From Ruminococcus albus 7 = DSM 20455 (GTDB lineage: Bacteria > Bacillota > Clostridia > Oscillospirales > Ruminococcaceae), in NCBI RefSeq assembly GCF_000179635.2, contig NC_014833.1, positions 1,230,001 to 1,262,000 on the forward strand: a DNA stretch of 32,000 bases. The letters are read 5' to 3'. Below are positions 16,801 through 24,284 of the stretch, in pieces. Each line of letters starts with the position of its first letter. The stretch's first letter is position 1. Both the position numbers and the translations under genes were made by a program. The notes beneath the pieces are model-generated. The model was not told the DNA's origin. It worked only from the letters and a program-made list of their open reading frames with translations, and ran no database searches.

Positions 16801-17250
16801 ACTGCAGTAGGAACGTCTATGTACACTTCAAACGATGTTGAGCTTGCTCTCTATAAGCGTGATGTTACTTCGGGAACTAAGGTGACCCTTGGAACAAACG
16901 GAGGAGAAGGCTATTCTGTAAACTACATCGTAATGGCTGTACCAAAGGAGTATTCACAGCCTGCAATAGACTATCCGACTAATATCAGGGTAGAGTGCAG
17001 CGAGCAGTACCACCAGTTAAGATTCTCATGGAACCCTGTCAGCGGAGCTACAAACTACGGCATCGCTGTATATCTTGCAGGTAAGTGGAGAGTACAGACT
17101 TCAGCTATACCCGCTTCACAGACCTACTTTATCACACCCAAGAACCTGACCCCGGGCATGACTTACAAGGTTGCTGTTGCTGCAAAAGTAAATGGCAAGT
17201 GGAATACAGCCGATCCTATCAGGAATGCTGTGATCGTCACTGTCAGGTAA
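13885..17250 (+). CDS. Multidomain secreted pectinase: PL10 pectate lyase + CE8 pectin methylesterase + two CBM-like repeats + FN3-like domain (no dockerin), 1121 aa
   Basis: ORF track 13780..17250(+). The start is trimmed to ATG 13885 (GGAGGG RBS; signal peptide MKRSTRGAACVLLAAGMLAS). PL10-type motifs: YQLSDGGWRKD, YSNGGWPQVF, ITYNDSAMVQVL, WARFYDLTYSKPLFADRDG, ERRTGYSWYG. CE8 motifs: YNTIQAAVNAA, FLGSQDTLF, GNTDYIFGQG, YFGRPWG. The FN3-like tail is LRFSWNPVSGATNYGIAVY. Confidence 0.85.
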   Translation: MKRSTRGAACVLLAAGMLASTATPLLPNIQMSIVANAGENDFSWSTYSKKDSSWWKSSEATALADEMIAYQLSDGGWRKDMKTATTGSWNKSTIDNNATWGQIRFLASVYNATGTQKYKTACLKGLDLLINGQYSNGGWPQVFNDAGTYHAHITYNDSAMVQVLKIMLEVSQKSGAFSWVDSSYQSKAENAVNKGINCILNTQIKINGTLTAWGQQHDEYTLAPAAARAYELPSVCTSESAGVVDFLRSLPDSKKSADVIRSINAAVRWFDSVKIENKKWDWNSDKSDKVLTTSSGSTIWARFYDLTYSKPLFADRDGKAYTDVTQISQERRTGYSWYGTWCANNIKLGTLPEPSGSTQQTQGTHLYVGYSNKSNNYNTIQAAVNAAASKNPSSEQTRVSIHIAPGTYREQVRINTPYISLINDEPSKEVKITWYYGIGYKYYSMGSDGYYNATNAKNKSSKGEATRWGSAVALHTNASHFRAEYITFENSFNRYVTDEEISDGVQVSGSESITFQRYKGADVKSKTATERAAAIAIEGDYSEFYKCNFLGSQDTLFTRGAHEYFRECRIEGNTDYIFGQGTCIFQKCDLVWAGYTDKSVGGYITAAKSDGKYLFSDCNVYGTSGMKVGSGYFGRPWGADADVAFVNTKLSSESMITSAGWTSMSGNQPENARFKEYNTTVNGSAVNTSGRVSGTVRSSASGLDVNTYLSGWSPYYYTNASSSYQPVAINGKLVKDLIVNDGENAYDWSVGYGFGYGSMLFGDRDFTALNVPSYLNNAEVIRTACDSKNVTSDLGYFTAASDITVYTAVDSRITGSLPSWLSGWTKTGDVITTSNDLTMELFKKTFTSGSKITLGTNGVSTGCVNYIVLMTENAPEPLNGKLIRNLVVNDTENASDWSIRYDINNGSQIFGDRDFTVQGVPSNLINAETIRTACDSKMFTSDLATFTAGADTTLYVAVDTRVNSQLSWLNSWTAVGTSMYTSNDVELALYKRDVTSGTKVTLGTNGGEGYSVNYIVMAVPKEYSQPAIDYPTNIRVECSEQYHQLRFSWNPVSGATNYGIAVYLAGKWRVQTSAIPASQTYFITPKNLTPGMTYKVAVAAKVNGKWNTADPIRNAVIVTVR
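16072..16938 (+). repeat. Tandem duplication coding two ~140-aa CBM-like modules (R1 16072-16494, R2 16519-16938)
   Basis: The translations align colinearly at roughly half identity. Shared blocks: NGKL(V/I)..L(I/V)VND.ENA.DWS, FGDRDFT, IRTACDSK..TSDL, Y.AVD.R, TLGTNG, VNYIV. Confidence 0.8.
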
Positions 17251-17294
17251 CAGGTAAAGTCAGTATTACCACACTTACATATATAACAATAATA

Positions 17295-17328
17295 ATGAGG
17301 AGCCGATGCTGCATCAGCTCCTCATTTT
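17295..17328 (+). terminator. Rho-independent terminator of the pectinase gene
   Basis: Stem ATGAGGAGC (17295-17303) pairs with GCTCCTCAT (17317-17325), followed by TTTT. Confidence 0.8.
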
Positions 17329-17344
17329 ATGTATTACAGACTTC

Positions 17345-17375
17345 AAAAAGCTCCGATGAAATGTCGGAGCTTTTT
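17345..17375. terminator. Bidirectional terminator (serves the minus-strand esterase gene)
   Basis: AAAA-AGCTCCGA (17349-17356), loop TGAAATG, TCGGAGCT (17364-17371)-TTTT. It lies 10 nt beyond the stop at 17385. Confidence 0.8.
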
Positions 17376-17384
17376 GCATGATTT

Positions 17385-20333
17385 TTACTTAATAAGACCG
17401 ATGCCCCAGATGGTGAACTGACCGCTTCCGCTGATGGAAACATCAAGGTCACCTGAGGTACTCTGATAGTATCCAAGCTCTGCATCCGGACCGCCCCATG
17501 TGTACTGCTTGTTGCCGCTTATCTTGGTGGTCTTGCCGTTTACAGTAACATTTATGCTGCCCATACCCGAGCTGTTGGCTTTGAACACGATTATCAGACC
17601 TTTGCCCTGAGTCTTGAACTTCATCGGATTGCTGCCGTTGAGAGTATATGAGTAGTTCAGACCTGAGTTGTTGTAACCGTAGCCCGATGTCCATGAGCCT
17701 GCACTGAAGTTTGTCAGGTTCTTGGGGTCAACGTTAACAGTGTCAGCGTATTCGGCACCGTATACGTAGCTGGTAGGCTGAGTATAGCTGCTTGAACTGT
17801 TCTGGCTCTTCATTGCCTGACGTACATAGTAAGCCATGCAGTCAGCTATGAGCTGTCCGCCCTTCTGATGAGGGTGATACTCGTCAGTGTAGTAGTCGCC
17901 TGTATTGAGGAATCCGCTGTTGAAGGCTTTGGTAAGAGCATCATCCATGCTTATAACGGGTATATCGAAGTTCTTTCCGATAGGATACATCTGATTCTGG
18001 CTGGAGAATCCGCCCTTTGCACGGGTGATGAGGACACATACAGCAGGTGCGTTAGGCATATCAAGGAATTTTTTGATACAGCTCTCGAAGCATTTCTTGT
18101 ACATTATATCCTCGTGATCATTTACCGAGAATTCCAGGAAGATGATATCAGGCTTCTGCGAAACTATCTGTGCTTCGCTGCGCACAAGTCCTACTACGGA
18201 TGAAGTACCCGAAAGACCTGCGTTTATTTCCTTGAAGCTGCCCTTGGCGAAAGTATTCTTCAGGTAGCTGGAGAATGGAGTGGTGTAGTTCTTGCCCTCA
18301 GTGATCGAACCGCCGAGGTAAGCCACTGTCAGGGGAGAACCGTTTTCAGCTGCACTAAGTTTCTGAGAAAGTCTGTATGTGTTGCCCATGTGCTTTATGG
18401 AGCTTTTGTAGAAATTTATATACTGAGAGGATGCGGTTTCCTTATAGTTATCCCACTTGGAATGATCCACTTCAGTACCTGTACCTGATCCCGAACTGCT
18501 TGCTGAGCCTGGAACTTTGCCTGTGCCGCCTGTCTTGACCGATGATTTTGTACCTGCGGCTGCGATCTGAACATTGTCGATATAGAAATCAGTAAGGTCA
18601 CCCGAACCCTGAACAGTTTCAACGTATAAAGTTATATCGCCTGCGTTATCGGGAATAGTGAATGATGTGTTCTCTATCTTTGTCCATACACCGCTCTTGC
18701 ATTCTGCGGAAGCTATATGAGTGTATACAGCGCTGCCGTAGCCGCCGCTCTGCTGGAGTGATACCTGTATTTCAGATGAACCTCCCGAAGTTTGCAGTGC
18801 TGCCAGACTTATGCTGTATGTCTGCCCTGCCTTGAAGTCTGAACCGAGGTTTATAGCAGCGCCGTTCCATTCTGCAGTTCTTCCCGATACATACATTGAC
18901 TTGCCTGATGTACCGTAGTAAGCATTATCTGTAGCCGCAACAGAAGCAGCACCTCTGCCTGCCCAGTTGCCGACACCAGAATTGAAATCATTACTCAGTA
19001 CAACTCCTGAAGGAGTATCGGTCTGACCTGATGGGTCATCTGTTACCTCTTTGATGGGAAGGGAGCTGATATGGCCTAATATGTAATTTTTTATGGCATT
19101 TGCATCATCAGCGGTAATGCCATCACCAACGTTGAAAACGTCTGCGTTTACGCTGCCCTGCCCTGTGAGCTTGTACTTGCCGGGAGCTGCTACAGCCTGT
19201 CTGATAAGTACAGCATCCTTCATATCAACCTTGCCGTCAAGGTTAGCATCACCGTACAGAGAAGCTGCTTTCTTTCCGCTTCCACTGCTCTGGGATGAAG
19301 AACCGTCAGATTTGAATGCATATCTCATGAATGTATATAGATGAGGCTTTACAGAATTGGCATTATGTCCGCCGCCCGGTATAGACTGGTATACGTGATC
19401 GACACCGTTGCGTGTGAGGATATCGCTGTACTGTTTCGGGAAAGTACCTACAACGTCATCGTTGGTTCCGCCGGTTATCATAAACACCTCAGGCTCGGGA
19501 CCTACATTCCTGAACTTCATTTCGCTCTCCTGCATACAGCCGGGGTGATCCATGTAGCGGTCAGAACCCGGAGTGATACCGGGAGCAGGGCAAGCGCCGC
19601 CTACATAACCGAATACATCAGGGCGCATAAGTCCGCAGTAAATAGCCTCACGTCCGCCCATGGAGAAACCTGTGATAGCTGTATTCTCTCTGCCTTCCTT
19701 TATGGGATAGTTCTCCTTTATAAACGGCAGAAGGCTGTCTGTAACATCGTACAGGAAATTATCGTACTCAGCACAAGTCTGCTGATTGATGCCGCTTGGA
19801 CCGTTCATAGTCTTACTTGTGAACATATTGGGAGTTACAACGATGAACTCCTCAGCCTTTCCGCTTGACATAAGACTTGTCATCAGTTCCTGTACACCGT
19901 TGCCGCTGACCATGTCGTTCTCACTTCCCATGATACCGTGGAGTATGAACATTACAGGGTATTTTTTACTTGGATTATAGTTAGGCGGCAATATAACGTT
20001 GCACTTTTTCTGCTTGCCGGTATATTTGCAGTAATAGCTTTTGTTCTCGACCTTGCATTGGCTTGATGTTTCAAGGTCGCTTGGAACAGTTGTAGGCATA
20101 TCATTTTTGATCTTGGCATTTAGACCTGACTGTGCATTACCGCCGTTTCCGGCATCAGAGCCTATTACCTCATTTCCGGTGGTGTCAAAACCGCCGGCAA
20201 AGCCGCTCCAATCCTGACCGCCGTTGTTTCCCCAGAAATTTCCTGCTGCATTAGCAGGGAATGGCAGGGATGCTGCCACCATCATCAGGGATACGGTTGC
20301 ACTAAGGATCTTCTTTGTTCTTGATAGTTTCAA
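17385..20333 (-). CDS. Bifunctional cellulosomal esterase: CE1-type (esterase D/feruloyl esterase-like) + internal dockerin + CBM22/CBM4_9-like module + SGNH/GDSL esterase + C-terminal unknown domain, ~982 aa
   Basis: ORF track 17385..20342(-). I prefer TTG 20333, 8 nt after AAGGAG; GTG 20342 abuts the RBS. The signal peptide ends FPANA. The CE1 part has YPVMFILHG and the nucleophile elbow GFSMGG. The dockerin has DANLDGKVDMKD and the second loop NADVFNVGDGITADD. The CBM-like part has NWAGRG...FYIDNVQI. SGNH blocks are YLGGSITEG, GLSGTSS, EFSVND and DEYHPH. Confidence 0.85.
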   Translation of the reverse strand: MKLSRTKKILSATVSLMMVAASLPFPANAAGNFWGNNGGQDWSGFAGGFDTTGNEVIGSDAGNGGNAQSGLNAKIKNDMPTTVPSDLETSSQCKVENKSYYCKYTGKQKKCNVILPPNYNPSKKYPVMFILHGIMGSENDMVSGNGVQELMTSLMSSGKAEEFIVVTPNMFTSKTMNGPSGINQQTCAEYDNFLYDVTDSLLPFIKENYPIKEGRENTAITGFSMGGREAIYCGLMRPDVFGYVGGACPAPGITPGSDRYMDHPGCMQESEMKFRNVGPEPEVFMITGGTNDDVVGTFPKQYSDILTRNGVDHVYQSIPGGGHNANSVKPHLYTFMRYAFKSDGSSSQSSGSGKKAASLYGDANLDGKVDMKDAVLIRQAVAAPGKYKLTGQGSVNADVFNVGDGITADDANAIKNYILGHISSLPIKEVTDDPSGQTDTPSGVVLSNDFNSGVGNWAGRGAASVAATDNAYYGTSGKSMYVSGRTAEWNGAAINLGSDFKAGQTYSISLAALQTSGGSSEIQVSLQQSGGYGSAVYTHIASAECKSGVWTKIENTSFTIPDNAGDITLYVETVQGSGDLTDFYIDNVQIAAAGTKSSVKTGGTGKVPGSASSSGSGTGTEVDHSKWDNYKETASSQYINFYKSSIKHMGNTYRLSQKLSAAENGSPLTVAYLGGSITEGKNYTTPFSSYLKNTFAKGSFKEINAGLSGTSSVVGLVRSEAQIVSQKPDIIFLEFSVNDHEDIMYKKCFESCIKKFLDMPNAPAVCVLITRAKGGFSSQNQMYPIGKNFDIPVISMDDALTKAFNSGFLNTGDYYTDEYHPHQKGGQLIADCMAYYVRQAMKSQNSSSSYTQPTSYVYGAEYADTVNVDPKNLTNFSAGSWTSGYGYNNSGLNYSYTLNGSNPMKFKTQGKGLIIVFKANSSGMGSINVTVNGKTTKISGNKQYTWGGPDAELGYYQSTSGDLDVSISGSGQFTIWGIGLIK

Positions 20334-20535
20334 TTTTATCACTCCTTATCAAATTTGTTGTCCCGATAAGATTATATAAGCAGGACAGATCTTTCGCTTT
20401 AAAATATTAAAGCTTTTGTGTTTGATATGGTACAGATCGGATCTGAATGATTCGCAGAACAATTATTAAATATTCTGCTAAATTTATCAAAATTACCAAT
20501 ATCTTACATGGCGATATGATATCTTTAATGTAAAT

Positions 20536-20564
20536 ATACTATACACCATAGTAAAAGTAAACAA
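20536..20564 (-). promoter_or_regulatory. Weak candidate promoter TTGTTT-17-TAGTAT for the esterase gene
   Basis: Minus strand: TTGTTT (comp 20564..20559), 17-nt spacer, TAGTAT (comp 20541..20536). The poor -35 element is consistent with activator dependence. Direct repeats lie 15-50 bp upstream (see findings). Confidence 0.3.
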
Positions 20565-20711
20565 GTATTTGTAAAAACCGCAATCTTTGATTGTTGGTTC
20601 GCAATATTTGGTCAAAAAAATTGTGATTTGGTTTTACATCGATAAATAATTGATAATTATTAATAGTTGAAAGGCGTCAAATTTCATCCTGATGAGTATT
20701 CACTCGAAAGC

Positions 20712-21494
20712 TTACTGCTTACTTCTGCGGTAATCAAGGGGAGTAATACCGCATCTTTCTCTGAATTGTCTGGCAAAATGTTCATAATTTCTATAGCCGC
20801 ATTTTTCAGCGATCTCATGGGCGTTGAGATTTGTTGATGTCAGGAGCATCTTTGCATACTCTGTCTTTGCATTGATAAAATCCTGGACGAATGTTATATC
20901 GAATGTTTTTTTGTAATAGTACTGAAAAGAAGCGGGACTCATGCGAACTTCATGGGCTGCCCATGTTATGGAACGTGGTACGTATGGCTCAGCATAGATC
21001 TTATGACGTATTGTCATCAGCAATTCGTACTCAGCACCATGTGCCTTTTCGGCAGGAAGATTTATCACATCACTTACACGGTTGAATATCAGCCACATAT
21101 AGTGCTGCATATTTTCATAAGCATAGGGCGAGGGTGAAGTGAATTCATCAGCTATTGCCTTGATGCACCAGCTCAGAAACTCAGCGTGAGGTGTTGTTAT
21201 TCCTTTGGCATAGGGGATATTTCTTTTCATAAATTCAGCCTCGTCATCAGCCTCAAACTGAAAATGCACCCAGTCATTTGCAAATTCATGCTTGGGAACA
21301 CATCGGTAATACTGCGGCATACCCTGAGGATAAAGGAAGAATGAATCCTTTGGGACGATAATATCTTTGTTTTCCAGAGTGAAAACAGCATCTGTTTTCA
21401 GTATCAGCAAAAGAAAGTCACCATACCCGTTCGGCCGTTCAATAAAAAAATCTCCATCGTGTCTGTGATTGAAACCTACATTGTTTATTATCAT
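20712..21494 (-). CDS. AraC-family transcriptional regulator (cupin sensor + dual HTH), 260 aa
   Basis: ORF track 20712..21503(-). I prefer ATG 21494 (AGGTGA RBS, 5-nt gap). The N-terminus looks like an AraC_binding/cupin domain. The C-terminal HTH_18 region reads AHEVRMSPASFQYYYKKTF...NAHEIAEKCGYRNYEHFARQFRERCGITPLDYR. Confidence 0.85.
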   Translation of the reverse strand: MIINNVGFNHRHDGDFFIERPNGYGDFLLLILKTDAVFTLENKDIIVPKDSFFLYPQGMPQYYRCVPKHEFANDWVHFQFEADDEAEFMKRNIPYAKGITTPHAEFLSWCIKAIADEFTSPSPYAYENMQHYMWLIFNRVSDVINLPAEKAHGAEYELLMTIRHKIYAEPYVPRSITWAAHEVRMSPASFQYYYKKTFDITFVQDFINAKTEYAKMLLTSTNLNAHEIAEKCGYRNYEHFARQFRERCGITPLDYRRSKQ

Positions 21495-21555
21495 TCTGTT
21501 CACCTGCCGGCTTGACTGAATTTGATGATTTTTCAGAAAAGATCATCTAAGTTAT

Positions 21556-21585
21556 ATTATATATCATTGAAATAAGTGATGTCAA
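21556..21585 (-). promoter_or_regulatory. Promoter TTGACA-18-TATAAT for the AraC gene
   Basis: Minus strand: TTGACA (comp 21585..21580), 18-nt spacer, TATAAT (comp 21561..21556). It overlaps the GH5 promoter on the opposite strand. Confidence 0.65.
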
Positions 21586-21596
21586 TAGTATATAAT
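21567..21596 (+). promoter_or_regulatory. Promoter TTGAAA-18-TATAAT for the GH5 gene
   Basis: TTGAAA 21567-21572, 18-nt spacer, TATAAT 21591-21596. This implies a leader of ~185 nt before ATG 21789. Confidence 0.6.
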
Positions 21597-21788
21597 ATTT
21601 TTAGTGAGAAGTTTTAAATAAATACATATTATGCACAAGCTGTCTGTCCTGTCAGCTGCCCCTGATTGGAACAGACGGCGCTCACAGTAAAGGCAGGCTG
21701 TGAGAACATAGGAAGAGGATCGTTTTTCGTCTGAAGGGGTATTCAGACGGAAGAACAATGAACCACATTTTTTAGAGGTGAATGTATA

Positions 21789-24050
21789 ATGAAGACTAAA
21801 AGCAAAAGCGCACTTACACTTTCAATGGTGTGTGCGATGGCACTCTCGTGTATGCCTTTCGTGGAGCCTACACGTGCTGAAGCCGCATTCGATAAGGATG
21901 CTAAGCAGACTGTTGCTGATATGGGTCTGGGCTGGAACCTCGGCAACTCTCTGGACAGCTATTCAGGTACGACCATAGGCGGAAACAGAGGCAGCACATC
22001 CTCCGAAACAGCTTGGGGAAACCCTGCGACCACCAAAGCCATGATAGATATGGTAAAGGAGTCGGGTGTCAAGACCGTACGTGTGCCTGTGACCTGGTAT
22101 GAGCATATGGATCCCTACACCTACAAGATCGACGATGTATGGATGAACAGGGTCGAGGAAGTAGTTAACTATGTACTCGAAGATGATATGTACTGCATCC
22201 TCAATGTTCACCATGATACAGGTGAAAAAGGCTGGCTGAAAGCCAACAGCAAAGATCTTCAGAAGAAAGAAGCTATGTTCAGGTCTATCTGGGAACAGGT
22301 CAGCGAGAACTTCGAGGATTACGGCGACAAGCTTGTTTTCGAGGGCTTCAATGAAATACTTGATGAAAGCTCAAATCAGTGGTGGAACCCAAGCTCGGAA
22401 GCTTGCCCTATCTCCAATGAGCTCAATCAGATATTTGTTGATGTTGTCAGAGGCTCAGGCGGAAACAACGCAAAGAGAAACCTTATATGCAACACCTATT
22501 GTGCAGGTGCAAACAATGAGATCACAAGTCAGTTCGTACTCCCAAAGGATACTGTTAGCAACAGGCTGATCGTTGAAGCTCATGTTTATCAGCCTTTTGA
22601 GTTTACTCACGAGAGCTATCCCGAGATAACTACATGGACAAGCTCACCGCTGGATATGGTACTCAATAATCTCAACAGCACTTTTGCACAGAAGGGTATC
22701 CCTGTTATTATAGGTGAATTCGGCTGTGCCAATAAGAATAATATGGATGAGATCACATCCTGGGCAAAGTATCTTGTAGAAAAATGTACAGGCTATGGTA
22801 TGGGTTGTATCTGGTGGGATAACGGATCACAGTATAAGATCTATAACCGCCGTACACTGAAAGTATCTCAGCCCGAACTTCTCAATGCTATGCTTGAAGC
22901 TGCAGGTTCTGATGTTCCTGCTTCTGCTCAGAAGTTTGTCAGAGGCGATATCAACGGTGACGGAAAGCTCAATGATACAGATCTGGAAATGCTCCGTAAT
23001 TATCTTCTTAAAAAGACCGTAAAGATCAGTGACAAAGCTGATATCAACATGGACGGAAAAGTGACTATGGCTGATTTCGTTCAGATGAATAAGGCTATAC
23101 TGAATCCTGATCCTGCATCTGACCCGAGAAATCTCTGTGCAAATGAAGACAACTGGGCAAGCTGGACGGATACTTCAAACGGCGGTCAGGGCGAGATGTT
23201 CTTTATGGACAATGGCGTTTCCATGCAGGTAGATAAAGGCGGCAAGAATGAGTGGGACGCACAGTTCTTCTATGATGCCATAACACTTGAACAGGGTGCA
23301 AAGTATCAGATATCATTCGATTATGTAAGTGATTCTCCGCAGACCACTACTTTCATAGTTAATCAGGGTCACGATGATTATCTGCCTTACTATTTAGACA
23401 GCCTTAACTGGACAACAAATGTTCAGCATTATAAAGCGACCTTCGACTTTACTTCCAAGACTGACAATATGTGCCGCGTTACCTACAATCTCGGCGGCAG
23501 CGGTGTGAATGTTCCTTACAAGGCTACTATCACCAATCTTTCCCTTATCAAGCTTAGCGGCGGAGGATCTTCGTCCTCATCATCTTCTTCGACTCAGTCC
23601 GGAACTTCCGCTTCAACAGGTACAAATCTTGCTGCTGATGCTTCAAAGTTCAGTAGCTGGGCAAACACTGAGGGTGGTGCATCTGCATCGTTCAAGAGCC
23701 TTAGCAACGGTCTTCAGATCTCGGTAAAGAATTCGGGTACGGAGGAATGGTACGTTCAGGGAATATACCCCGGCATCAAGTTTGAAAAAGGTGCGACTTA
23801 TGAAATATCATTCGATCATCAGGCTGATAAAGCAGTAAAGTTCGGCGTTAAGCTTCAGCAAAATTATGAGCCATACGGTCAGTATTCCAACGAGCCGGTA
23901 TATGCTTCCACACAGAAGCAGCACTATTCTGCAGAATTCACAATGACAGACCCGACTGATGATAACACTGCCTGTGTATTCAACTGCGGTGCTTTGAATA
24001 CCAACGCTACGATCACGATCACTGATCTGGTCATCAAAAAGATCTCCTGA
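21789..24050 (+). CDS. Cellulosomal GH5 endoglucanase: GH5 + internal dockerin + two C-terminal CBM-like modules separated by a Ser-rich linker, 753 aa
   Basis: ORF track 21789..24050(+), GAGGTGA RBS. GH5 motifs: GWNLGNSLD, VRVPVTW, FEGFNEILDE (acid/base Glu in NE), IIGEFGC (nucleophile Glu). The dockerin has DINGDGKLNDTD and DINMDGKVTMAD (~22938-23100). The linker is SGGGSSSSSSSST. Confidence 0.9.
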   Translation: MKTKSKSALTLSMVCAMALSCMPFVEPTRAEAAFDKDAKQTVADMGLGWNLGNSLDSYSGTTIGGNRGSTSSETAWGNPATTKAMIDMVKESGVKTVRVPVTWYEHMDPYTYKIDDVWMNRVEEVVNYVLEDDMYCILNVHHDTGEKGWLKANSKDLQKKEAMFRSIWEQVSENFEDYGDKLVFEGFNEILDESSNQWWNPSSEACPISNELNQIFVDVVRGSGGNNAKRNLICNTYCAGANNEITSQFVLPKDTVSNRLIVEAHVYQPFEFTHESYPEITTWTSSPLDMVLNNLNSTFAQKGIPVIIGEFGCANKNNMDEITSWAKYLVEKCTGYGMGCIWWDNGSQYKIYNRRTLKVSQPELLNAMLEAAGSDVPASAQKFVRGDINGDGKLNDTDLEMLRNYLLKKTVKISDKADINMDGKVTMADFVQMNKAILNPDPASDPRNLCANEDNWASWTDTSNGGQGEMFFMDNGVSMQVDKGGKNEWDAQFFYDAITLEQGAKYQISFDYVSDSPQTTTFIVNQGHDDYLPYYLDSLNWTTNVQHYKATFDFTSKTDNMCRVTYNLGGSGVNVPYKATITNLSLIKLSGGGSSSSSSSSTQSGTSASTGTNLAADASKFSSWANTEGGASASFKSLSNGLQISVKNSGTEEWYVQGIYPGIKFEKGATYEISFDHQADKAVKFGVKLQQNYEPYGQYSNEPVYASTQKQHYSAEFTMTDPTDDNTACVFNCGALNTNATITITDLVIKKIS

Positions 24051-24085
24051 TTCATCCCGCATATATAGATAAGTACAATTATCGG

Positions 24086-24126
24086 ACAAACCACCCCCTG
24101 TCGGGCGACAGAGGGTGGTTTGTTTA
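24086..24126 (+). terminator. Rho-independent terminator of the GH5 gene
   Basis: Stem ACAAACCACCC (24086-24096) pairs with GGGTGGTTTGT (24113-24123), followed by TTT. Confidence 0.8.
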
Positions 24127-24227
24127 TATGCTTTACTATAAAAATACATGGCGATACATTTGATACACCAACACAAAATGCTATATAACATCATACCTGA
24201 CAGATTTTCGTTATGTGGTGTTATGCC

Positions 24228-24268
24228 AAAACAAAACCACGCCGTAACTCTTGCGAGTGCGGCGTGGT
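24228..24268 (-). terminator. Rho-independent terminator of the GH9 gene
   Basis: Stem ACCACGCCG (24236-24244) pairs with CGGCGTGGT (24260-24268). The minus strand continues TTTTGTTTTGG. It lies 17 nt beyond the stop at 24285. Confidence 0.8.
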
Positions 24269-24284
24269 ACGCTTTTAACTGTTA

